From Candidatus Zixiibacteriota bacterium (GTDB lineage: Bacteria; Zixibacteria; MSB-5A5; UBA10806; 4484-95), in the NCBI GenBank assembly GCA_037441845.1, contig JBBIRK010000003.1, positions 271,711 through 335,710 of the forward strand: a stretch of 64,000 nucleotides of DNA, in the 5' to 3' direction. The notes beneath the pieces were generated by a model, which saw only the letters and a list, made by a program, of their open reading frames with translations, made no database searches and had not been told where the DNA came from. This document shows, one piece after another, positions 56,181-64,000 of this stretch (within the stretch, counting starts at the first letter, position 1; every line of letters starts with the position of its first letter). Made by a program: the position numbers and the translations under genes.

Positions 56181-58556
56181 ATGGCTGACCTGGTGAAATT
56201 GACGATTGACGGCCGCGAGGTCGAAGTCGAACCCGGCACCCTCATTCTCGAGGCCGCCCGCAAGCTCGATATAGAGATCCCCACTTTTTGCTATGACGAA
56301 CGACTGCGGTCGGTGGGCGCCTGTAGAATGTGTCTTGTCGAAGTCGAGAAGTCGCCTAAACTGATAGCCTCTTGCGCTACTCCGGTCGCCCCGGGCATGA
56401 TTGTAAGAACCGACAGTAAACGTGTGGTTGAGGCCAGAAAAGCGGTGCTCGAATTTCTTCTGATAAATCATCCGCTCGACTGCCCGACTTGTGACAAAGG
56501 CGGCGAATGCCCGTTGCAGAATCTGACCTACAAATACGGTCCCGCCATGAGCCGATTCGGTGAGGACAAGATCAGATTTCAAGAGGAAACTTCCCTCAAG
56601 TTCGATGACGTCAGAATCGGTCCCGAAATATGGCTTAACCGCAATCGCTGTATTATCTGTTTCAAATGCGTCCGAATCGCCCGAGAGGTCGCCGGCGGCG
56701 AGGATCTCGGCATGTTTCACCGCGGCGCTTACGCCCGAATCGATATTCCAGCCGGCATTAGATACGCCAATGAGTTTTCCGGCAATACGGTGGAATACTG
56801 CCCGGTAGGGGCGCTCATGTCGGATTCGTTCCGCTATAAAATACGCACTTGGCTGCTCGATAGAACCCCATCTATCTGCTGGTTGTGTTCCGATGGGTGC
56901 AACATCACGATAGAGAGCAACAACGGAAAAATCTATCGCCACCAGAGTCGGCGCAACGATAAAATCGACCGCGGCTTTCTCTGTGACAGAGGCCGCTACG
57001 GCTTCGATATTCCTAATCATCCGGATCGGATAAGATTGCCGGCGGTCATGAAAAACGGGGGAATGCAGGTTATCGCCCATGATGAGATGTTGGCGATGGT
57101 GATCCACCGTTTGAGGGAGCAGAAAGGCGAAGAGACCGCATTGTTGTTGGATACGTCGATAACCAACGAGGAAGCATATTGCGCCGCAGAATTTTTCCGC
57201 GAAAAATTCCCCGGCTCTTCGATCGCAGTCGCATCAAAACACAACTTCCCGAATTCGAGCTCGGCTTTGTCGCTCGGATTATCGGTCTCCATGGATGAAA
57301 TTCAAGCGGCCGACTTGGTGTTGATGGTCGATTGCGATATCGCGGTCGAACACCCGATCCTCGGCCTCAGGATAAGAAAAATGATATCCTCTGGTGGCCG
57401 TCTATACAGTATCCACCACCGTTCGGTATCGTTGGGCCGATTCGATTTCGCCAAAATTCGGACGCCTTATGGGCAGGAATATCAAGCTCTGAATCAAATA
57501 AGGGAGCTGATGTCGGGCAAGTGTCCGTCCCTTATAGGGGATGCCGAGGCCGGCGATTTGACCAAAGATATCAAGCAGGCGAAAAATATCCATATTTTGG
57601 TCGGCGCCGAGAGTTTCGATCTTCCCAATTCCGGCCTGCTGCTTCAGGCGATTGATTCTCTGGCTGCGGCAATCAAGGCGAAAGTTTCGTATTTGCCCGA
57701 TGAAACCAACTATATCGGGGTGAGCCTTTGCGCTCAACCGAATTGCTCTTTTGAACAGTTGATCGCACGTTTGGCCGATGGCAAAATCAAGACGCTCTTC
57801 ATCGCCGGCGGCAACCCGGTTGATATTTTCCCGGAACGTAAGAGAATTATCGCGGCTTTGCGCAAGTTGGAATACACGATTTACTGGGGCGCTTTCGGCG
57901 ATGCCACGGCCGAATCGAGCACTTTGATAATTCCCCGGGCACTACCGCCGGAAACGACGGGCTCCTATCTCAATATAGAGAGAAGACTTCAGTTCCTGAC
58001 TCCGGCATATAAGCCGCCCCGAGAGATAAATTCGCTGTTTCGACTGATAACCGAGCTTAAAATCGAGCTCGGCGGCCGATTGTATTACTCGGCGGCTGAG
58101 GTTTTCGACGAAATGAAACGTAATTTGCCCCCATTCGGATCGTTCTCGTTCGGAGCGACTGACGATTTCTTGATTCCGTTATCGAAAGGGTTTGAAATGC
58201 CCGCTTCTGCGCCTTGCGATATCAGCCCTCCAAAAGAATTTCCGTTTGTCCTCGCGTTTTCAACCGGATTCTATTACGGGGTATCCGGATTGACTTCGTG
58301 CTCGAACACTTTGAATAAGCTTGCCGGAGTTCAACGTCTGCTGGTCAACCCCGTCGATGCAAATCGCCTCGGCATCACTAATGGAGATCGCGTCAAATTG
58401 AAGACAGCTGCGGGCGAGGGTGAATTCGAGAGTTTATCGGATGATTCAGTGAATCCGGGTGAATTGGTGTTATGGGGATACTCCATGGCCAATCCCCCGA
58501 ACTTCTTCATGAACGGCTGGAACAAGGCGGTTTACGCCGCAATCGAAAAAATTTGA
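56181..58556 (+). CDS. nuoG: NADH-quinone oxidoreductase subunit G
   Basis: IPTFCY..GACRMCLVE, HPLDCPTCDKGGEC, RCIICFKCVR..CPVGAL, CWLCSDGC..CDRG. Confidence 0.93.
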   Translation: MADLVKLTIDGREVEVEPGTLILEAARKLDIEIPTFCYDERLRSVGACRMCLVEVEKSPKLIASCATPVAPGMIVRTDSKRVVEARKAVLEFLLINHPLDCPTCDKGGECPLQNLTYKYGPAMSRFGEDKIRFQEETSLKFDDVRIGPEIWLNRNRCIICFKCVRIAREVAGGEDLGMFHRGAYARIDIPAGIRYANEFSGNTVEYCPVGALMSDSFRYKIRTWLLDRTPSICWLCSDGCNITIESNNGKIYRHQSRRNDKIDRGFLCDRGRYGFDIPNHPDRIRLPAVMKNGGMQVIAHDEMLAMVIHRLREQKGEETALLLDTSITNEEAYCAAEFFREKFPGSSIAVASKHNFPNSSSALSLGLSVSMDEIQAADLVLMVDCDIAVEHPILGLRIRKMISSGGRLYSIHHRSVSLGRFDFAKIRTPYGQEYQALNQIRELMSGKCPSLIGDAEAGDLTKDIKQAKNIHILVGAESFDLPNSGLLLQAIDSLAAAIKAKVSYLPDETNYIGVSLCAQPNCSFEQLIARLADGKIKTLFIAGGNPVDIFPERKRIIAALRKLEYTIYWGAFGDATAESSTLIIPRALPPETTGSYLNIERRLQFLTPAYKPPREINSLFRLITELKIELGGRLYYSAAEVFDEMKRNLPPFGSFSFGATDDFLIPLSKGFEMPASAPCDISPPKEFPFVLAFSTGFYYGVSGLTSCSNTLNKLAGVQRLLVNPVDANRLGITNGDRVKLKTAAGEGEFESLSDDSVNPGELVLWGYSMANPPNFFMNGWNKAVYAAIEKI

Positions 58557-58564
58557 GGTGACCG

Positions 58565-59563
58565 TTGGCTGAATTGATTCCAGTGATAATCGTGATCGTG
58601 AAAGTGGCGGTGATATTCGTCGGCTTATTAACTGCGGTAGCCTATACGACTTATTTCGAAAGACGAGTGGTGGCATTCATACAAAGTCGAATCGGACCCA
58701 ACCGGGTGGGACCCGCGGGGCTGCTTCAACCGCTTGCCGATGCCGTCAAGCTGTTGTTCAAAGAAGAATTCATACCCGCAAACGCCAATAAATTGCTATT
58801 CTCCATCGCCCCTATGATGTCGTTCGTGCCCGCCTGTATGGCCATAGCCGTTATCCCGATTGGTGATACAATCAGTATCGCAGGTTATAAAATCGATCTT
58901 ATCATATCCGACCTCAACGTGGGAATACTTTATATTTTCGCATTGAGCTCGTTGGGCGTTTACGGTATCGTCTTGGCGGGTTGGTCTTCGAATTCCAAAT
59001 ACTCGCTATTGGGCGGGCTGCGTTCCTCGGCCCAGATGATCAGCTACGAGATAGGTCTCGGACTCTCGATAGTCGGCGTGGTTATGATCGCCGGTACATT
59101 TTCACTCGCGGAAATCGTGCGCTTACAGTCCGGTTCGATATTCAACTGGTTCATTTTCAAACAGCCGGTGGCGTTTTTCCTGTTTTTCATCAGTGCCATG
59201 GCCGAAACCAATCGTCTGCCGTTCGATCTGCCCGAGGCCGAATCCGAGCTGGTCGCCGGATACCATACCGAGTATTCGGGTATGCGGTTCGGCCTTTTTT
59301 ATCTGGCCGAATACGCCGGCATGATTACGGTATCGTCGCTTGCAGCCACGCTGTTTTTGGGCGGTTGGAACGGTCCTTTTCTTCCGCCGGTGTTCTGGTT
59401 TTTGATAAAGGTCGTATTTTTCCTTTTCATATATGTTTGGGTAAGAGGAACTCTGCCGCGATTCCGATACGATCAGTTGATGCGGTTCGGCTGGCTGGTG
59501 ATAATTCCCTTGACCTTGCTCAATATCATGGTAACCGGGCTGATGATTTATCTCTGGAGTTGA
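58565..59563 (+). CDS. nuoH: NADH-quinone oxidoreductase subunit H
   Basis: ERRV..RIGPNRVG, AETNRLPFDLPEAESELVAG, PRFRYDQLM; TTG start. Confidence 0.97.
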   Translation: MAELIPVIIVIVKVAVIFVGLLTAVAYTTYFERRVVAFIQSRIGPNRVGPAGLLQPLADAVKLLFKEEFIPANANKLLFSIAPMMSFVPACMAIAVIPIGDTISIAGYKIDLIISDLNVGILYIFALSSLGVYGIVLAGWSSNSKYSLLGGLRSSAQMISYEIGLGLSIVGVVMIAGTFSLAEIVRLQSGSIFNWFIFKQPVAFFLFFISAMAETNRLPFDLPEAESELVAGYHTEYSGMRFGLFYLAEYAGMITVSSLAATLFLGGWNGPFLPPVFWFLIKVVFFLFIYVWVRGTLPRFRYDQLMRFGWLVIIPLTLLNIMVTGLMIYLWS

Positions 59564-59569
59564 TCGGAT

Positions 59570-60085
59570 ATGTGGGCGACGATCAAATCGATCTTTTTGG
59601 CAATACCGACGGGATTGTCGGTTACGTTCAAGCATATATTCCGTCGCAAGGTCACCACTCGTTATCCCGATGTCAAACCGGTATTCGAAGATCGCTATCG
59701 TGGATTGCATTATCTTTCGCGTTATCCCGATGGGCGCGAGCGTTGTGTATGTTGCGGCTTATGCGCAAAGGCCTGTCCGGCCGATGCGATCTATATGGAG
59801 CCGACCGAAACCGAAACCGGCGAACGCTATCCAAAGGTATTCGAAATAAACGAACTGCGTTGTATTTTCTGCGGATTTTGCGAGGAGGCCTGCCCGGAAG
59901 AAGCCATTTTCTTGGGACATGAATTCGAATTTTCGGCCGGCGATCGCGGCGACTTCATCTATACGAAAGAAATGTTGCTGGCCAACTTCGACAAAATCGA
60001 GAAAGACCGAGTAGCGAAAAATATAAAGCCGTTTATAAGGCAGGACAAGTTTCAATTCAAAAAGCCGGCGGATCCGGTGCATTGA
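59570..60085 (+). CDS. nuoI: NADH-quinone oxidoreductase subunit I
   Basis: Two CxxCxxCxxxCP motifs. Confidence 0.97.
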   Translation: MWATIKSIFLAIPTGLSVTFKHIFRRKVTTRYPDVKPVFEDRYRGLHYLSRYPDGRERCVCCGLCAKACPADAIYMEPTETETGERYPKVFEINELRCIFCGFCEEACPEEAIFLGHEFEFSAGDRGDFIYTKEMLLANFDKIEKDRVAKNIKPFIRQDKFQFKKPADPVH

Positions 60086-60109
60086 GAGTGTTGTATTGAG
60101 ATTGTTGTT

Positions 60110-60613
60110 ATGGCGATGGTGATATTTTACATTCTGGCGGCCGTGATGGTGGTTTCGGGGATAATGGTGGTTACTCGCAAGAATGCGATTATGGCGGCGC
60201 TGTTTCTGGTCGTGGCGATGACAGCGCTGGCCGGGCTGTTCGTTCAACTCGGATCGCTATTCGTGGCGGCGTTGCAGATAATAGTCTATGCCGGTGCGGT
60301 GATGGTATTGTTCCTGTTCGTTATCATGCTCCTTAATTTGAAAAAAGACGAATTCGGTTTCGACAGCCGGCTGTTTCAACGGCTTTTCGGAGCAATTCTC
60401 GGCGCGATTATTCTGTTTCAATTATGGCTTATTGCCTCCGGCTATTTCCCGTATAGGGGGCCGCAACCGATCGATCCAGAATTCGGAGATGCCGCGCTGC
60501 TTTCCAAAAAGCTGTTTATACAATTTCTTTACCCGTTCGAAATCGTATCCGTGTTGCTGCTGGCGGCGATTATCGGGGCCGTGATAATGGCCAGAAAAAA
60601 ATCGGAGGAATGA
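60110..60613 (+). CDS. nuoJ: NADH-quinone oxidoreductase subunit J
   Basis: [30 protein letters not shown]. Confidence 0.95.
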   Translation: MAMVIFYILAAVMVVSGIMVVTRKNAIMAALFLVVAMTALAGLFVQLGSLFVAALQIIVYAGAVMVLFLFVIMLLNLKKDEFGFDSRLFQRLFGAILGAIILFQLWLIASGYFPYRGPQPIDPEFGDAALLSKKLFIQFLYPFEIVSVLLLAAIIGAVIMARKKSEE

Positions 60614-60614
60614 C

Positions 60615-60917
60615 ATGGCGCCGTTGACCCACTACCTCGTTCTCTCCGCGATCATGTTCGCCATAGGCGTGTGGGGCGTGCTGCGCAATCGAAATGCCCT
60701 GATAATATTCATGTGTATCGAACTGATGCTGAACGCAGCCAACCTCAGTCTTATGGCGTTCTCAAGTTATTTGAAAGATTATACCGGCCAAGTGCTGGTT
60801 TTCATGGTTATGGCGGTGGCCGCCGCTGAGGTAGCCGTAGGCCTGGCCATCATAATTTCGATATTCCGTCATAAGGAAAGCGTGAACGTGGATAATGTCA
60901 ACGTGATGAAATGGTGA
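60615..60917 (+). CDS. nuoK: NADH-quinone oxidoreductase subunit K
   Basis: [21 protein letters not shown]. Confidence 0.96.
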   Translation: MAPLTHYLVLSAIMFAIGVWGVLRNRNALIIFMCIELMLNAANLSLMAFSSYLKDYTGQVLVFMVMAVAAAEVAVGLAIIISIFRHKESVNVDNVNVMKW

Positions 60918-60930
60918 TCGGATTGAAACG

Positions 60931-62856
60931 ATGAACATCATGGTCTCCTTGATACCTCTGTATCCGCTGCTCGGATTTTTGGTTATTTTCCTGACGAATA
61001 AGCGTTTGCCGAAACCCATGGTCAATTCGGTCGCCTGCGGCTCGGTTTTGCTCTCGTTCATTTCATCCGTATTTGCGCTGATTACATTGTTGTCGATTCC
61101 GCCGGAATCGCGTTCGATCACCGTCAAGCTGTTTGATTGGATAATATCCGGTTCGTTCGAAACCTCCATAAGTTTCGCTTTCGACCCATTGTCGGCGGTG
61201 ATGGCGTTGGTCGTAAGCGGGGTCGGATTCTTGATTCATGTTTATTCTATCGGTTATATGTCGCACGACGGCGGCTATTCGCGGTTTTTCGCTTATCTGA
61301 ACTTGTTCACCTTCTCGATGCTCGTTCTTGTTCTTGCCGATAACGTTCTTTTGATGTTCGTCGGCTGGGAGGGGGTCGGGCTTTGTTCCTATCTCTTGAT
61401 CGGCTTCTGGTTTCATAAAAAGAGCGCCACCGATGCCGGCAAGAAGGCGTTCATCGTTAACCGAATAGGCGATTTCGGATTCTTGCTCGGGACGATGTTA
61501 ATCTTCTGGACGTTCGGAACCCTGAATATCGCCGAGATATCACAAGCCGCTCCTCAGATCGAGCATGCGCATGCCGGGATAATGACCGCGATCGCCCTGT
61601 TGCTTTTTATCGGAGCGACCGGCAAATCGGCCCAATTGCCGCTTTATGTCTGGCTTCCTGATGCCATGGAGGGGCCGACTCCGGTTTCCGCCTTGATTCA
61701 TGCGGCCACCATGGTTACCGCGGGAGTTTACATGGTGGCTCGACTTTCGGCGATTTATGTGCTTTCTCCGGCAGCCTTGCTGGTGGTGGCAATAATCGGA
61801 GCTTTGACCGCTTTATATGCCGCTACAATCGGCCTTGTCCAAAACGATATCAAAAGAGTGCTTGCCTATTCGACCATAAGCCAGCTCGGATATATGTTTC
61901 TTGCCTGCGGCGTGGCCGCCTTTTCCGCCGGCATATTTCATCTGATGACCCACGCATTCTTCAAGGCGCTGCTGTTCCTCGGGGCGGGTTCGGTGATTCA
62001 CGCTTTGTCCGGTGAACAGGATATGCGCCGTATGGGCGGCCTGAAAAACAAGTTGCCGCACACTTATCGCGTGCTGTTGATTGGAACGCTGGCGATATCG
62101 GGAATACCGCTATTGGCTGGATTTTTCTCCAAAGACGAAATTCTTTATAAAGCCTACTCATCCGAAGCCGGCCATCCGGTTCTTTGGCTTATGGGTTTGT
62201 TCGCCGCCGTGCTGACCGCTTTTTATATGTTTCGTCTCTTGTATCTTTCTTTCTACGGCAAATCCAATGTTCCGCACGATGTTGAACACCATCTTCACGA
62301 ATCACCCAAGGTAATGCTGGGTCCGTTATACGTTCTTGCCTTGCTTTCGATTATCGGAGGTTACATAGGATTGCCTCACGCTTTAGGCGGCGGTGCCTGG
62401 TTCGAACGATTCCTCGAACCGGCGATCGCTCGGTTGGAGCATGAGGGACACTCGGCGGTTGCGCACCAATTGTCCACCGAGTATCTGCTCATGTTGAGTT
62501 CGATAGTTGCCGCTTTGATCGGGATTTTTTTCGCATACGGCTGTTATATCAAGAATCCGGCGAAACCGGCTGCGATCGCTGCGAGATTCTCCGGCGCTTA
62601 CAAACTTTTGCTGAATAAATATTATGTCGATGAAATCTACGATTATCTGGTGGTTAAACCCTTATATGTCTTGTCGCTGATATTCTGGAAAATATTCGAT
62701 GTTCGGGTGATCGATGGCGCGGTGAACGGCATCGCGAGATTATTCGGCAACTTATCCTACAAATTAAGGCTGGCCCAAAGCGGCGTGATAAGAAACTATG
62801 CGCTTTATTTTACTATTGGGGTTGCCGCTATTCTCGGGTACTTGATTTTGAAGTGA
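60931..62856 (+). CDS. nuoL: NADH-quinone oxidoreductase subunit L
   Basis: WEGVGLCSYLLI, GKSAQLPL..WLPDAMEGPTPVSALIHAATMV. Confidence 0.97.
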   Translation: MNIMVSLIPLYPLLGFLVIFLTNKRLPKPMVNSVACGSVLLSFISSVFALITLLSIPPESRSITVKLFDWIISGSFETSISFAFDPLSAVMALVVSGVGFLIHVYSIGYMSHDGGYSRFFAYLNLFTFSMLVLVLADNVLLMFVGWEGVGLCSYLLIGFWFHKKSATDAGKKAFIVNRIGDFGFLLGTMLIFWTFGTLNIAEISQAAPQIEHAHAGIMTAIALLLFIGATGKSAQLPLYVWLPDAMEGPTPVSALIHAATMVTAGVYMVARLSAIYVLSPAALLVVAIIGALTALYAATIGLVQNDIKRVLAYSTISQLGYMFLACGVAAFSAGIFHLMTHAFFKALLFLGAGSVIHALSGEQDMRRMGGLKNKLPHTYRVLLIGTLAISGIPLLAGFFSKDEILYKAYSSEAGHPVLWLMGLFAAVLTAFYMFRLLYLSFYGKSNVPHDVEHHLHESPKVMLGPLYVLALLSIIGGYIGLPHALGGGAWFERFLEPAIARLEHEGHSAVAHQLSTEYLLMLSSIVAALIGIFFAYGCYIKNPAKPAAIAARFSGAYKLLLNKYYVDEIYDYLVVKPLYVLSLIFWKIFDVRVIDGAVNGIARLFGNLSYKLRLAQSGVIRNYALYFTIGVAAILGYLILK

Positions 62857-62922
62857 GGCAGTCGACATGGAACGGGAGTATTTAGCCAACGACGACCCGC
62901 AAGGCGAATCGAGGAATTTCGG

Positions 62923-64000
62923 ATGAATGGTATGCCGATTTTAAGTTGGATAATATTCGTCCCTGCCCTGGGGGTTTTGCCGATATTGTTTATCAACGGC
63001 AACAGAAAGAATCTGATCCGGCTAATCGCCCTGCTTACCGCATTCGCCGCATTCATTCTTTCTTTGATTATGTTTTCCGGATTCGACGGAAATTCCGCGG
63101 CAATGCAGTTTGTCGAAAGAAAGACCTGGATCAGGGCTTTCAATATAGAATATCATGTCGGCGTCGACGGCATCTCCATCTTGTTGGTTTTGCTGACCAC
63201 GTTCATCAGCGTCATATCGATAGCCTCCACTTGGACCGCCATCACCGAAAAGGTCAAGGGGTTCATGATTTCCTTTTTGCTTCTGGAAATGGGAATGCTG
63301 GGCGTATTCATGGCGCTCGATCTGTTTTTGTTCTACGTATTCTGGGAGGTCATGCTGCTCCCGATGTATTTCCTTATCGGCATCTGGGGCGGACAACGGC
63401 GAATCTACGCGGCCATAAAATTCATACTGTTTACTATGGCGGGATCGTTGTTGATGCTGATCGGGATTCTTTATCTATATCATCTGCACAGCGGAATAAA
63501 TGGATACGGCACCTTCAATCTGATCAAACTGCTCGAAATGCCTGTTCCGAGAGTTGCGCAATTCTGGCTTTTCGGCGCTTTCGGCCTTGCTTTTGCGATC
63601 AAGGTCCCGATGTTCCCTTTCCATACCTGGTTACCCGATGCCCATGTCGAGGCGCCCACCGCCGGTTCGATAATTCTGGCGGGCGTATTGCTCAAAATGG
63701 GAACTTACGGGTTTCTTAGATTCTGCCTGCCGCTTTTCCCGCTGGCATCTTTTTATTTCATGCCGTTAATCAGTGTATTGGCGATAATCGGCATTATTTA
63801 CGGCGGATTGGTATCGGCGGTGCAGCGCGATGTCAAATCACTGGTCGCTTTCTCCTCGGTCGCCCATCTCGGATTCGTCATGCTCGGAATGTTCGCTTTC
63901 AACGTTCAGGGAATCTCCGGATCACTTTTGCAGATGATAAATCACGGGATCTCGACAGGGGCGCTGTTTTTGCTTGTCGGCGTGATCTATGAGCGACGGC
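62923..64000 (+). CDS. nuoM: NADH-quinone oxidoreductase subunit M (3' truncated; absent from the ORF track)
   Basis: MNGMPILSW..., [42 protein letters not shown]; runs off the window. Confidence 0.95.
   Translation, partial: MNGMPILSWIIFVPALGVLPILFINGNRKNLIRLIALLTAFAAFILSLIMFSGFDGNSAAMQFVERKTWIRAFNIEYHVGVDGISILLVLLTTFISVISIASTWTAITEKVKGFMISFLLLEMGMLGVFMALDLFLFYVFWEVMLLPMYFLIGIWGGQRRIYAAIKFILFTMAGSLLMLIGILYLYHLHSGINGYGTFNLIKLLEMPVPRVAQFWLFGAFGLAFAIKVPMFPFHTWLPDAHVEAPTAGSIILAGVLLKMGTYGFLRFCLPLFPLASFYFMPLISVLAIIGIIYGGLVSAVQRDVKSLVAFSSVAHLGFVMLGMFAFNVQGISGSLLQMINHGISTGALFLLVGVIYERR

Noticed and set aside
62946..63719. 257-aa + strand ORF from the track (likewise 58981-59922 and 49700-50485)
   Set aside because: These are out-of-frame shadows of nuoM, nuoH/I and the PAP2 gene.

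Overview
Bacterial chromosomal window of moderate GC, almost all coding and mostly on the + strand. No CRISPR array, integrase or transposase is visible. (1) 1-16.9 kb is a late-flagellar locus. It starts with the 3' end of fliW, followed by a probable flagellin glycosylation island (two TPR-glycosyltransferase fusions, an NDP-sugar epimerase/dehydratase, a DegT aminotransferase, a degenerate formyltransferase, a hexapeptide acyltransferase and a small TPR-like paralog). Next come a 751-aa flagellin with a sigma28-like promoter and a CsrA-type leader, flaG, a long fliD, fliS, an orphan, a protein with two FlgM-like repeats, and an HDOD protein. (2) 17.2-30 kb is housekeeping: tRNA-Val, thrS-infC-rpmI-rplT-pheS-pheT, zapB-like/zapA/rny/ymdB-like/folD/xseA/MerR and tRNA-Pro. 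(3) 30-37.5 kb holds a queuosine-precursor transporter, a FabL-like SDR, a dockerin-tagged M14 carboxypeptidase, two cyclophilins, rseP and lepB. (4) 37.6-42.3 kb is ccmABCDEF with a Cys-type CcmE. (5) 42.3-46.7 kb is a minus-strand DUF362/TPR/Ig-like operon. (6) The rest carries tRNA-Pro and tRNA-Arg, a DUF1998 helicase, a PAP2 protein, mtaB and nuoA-M (truncated), with a Rex/CRP-like palindrome before nuoA. The dockerin tail and gene complement suggest an FCB-related diderm lineage such as Zixibacteria, which is inference only. All product calls come from motif recognition by eye; no searches were run.
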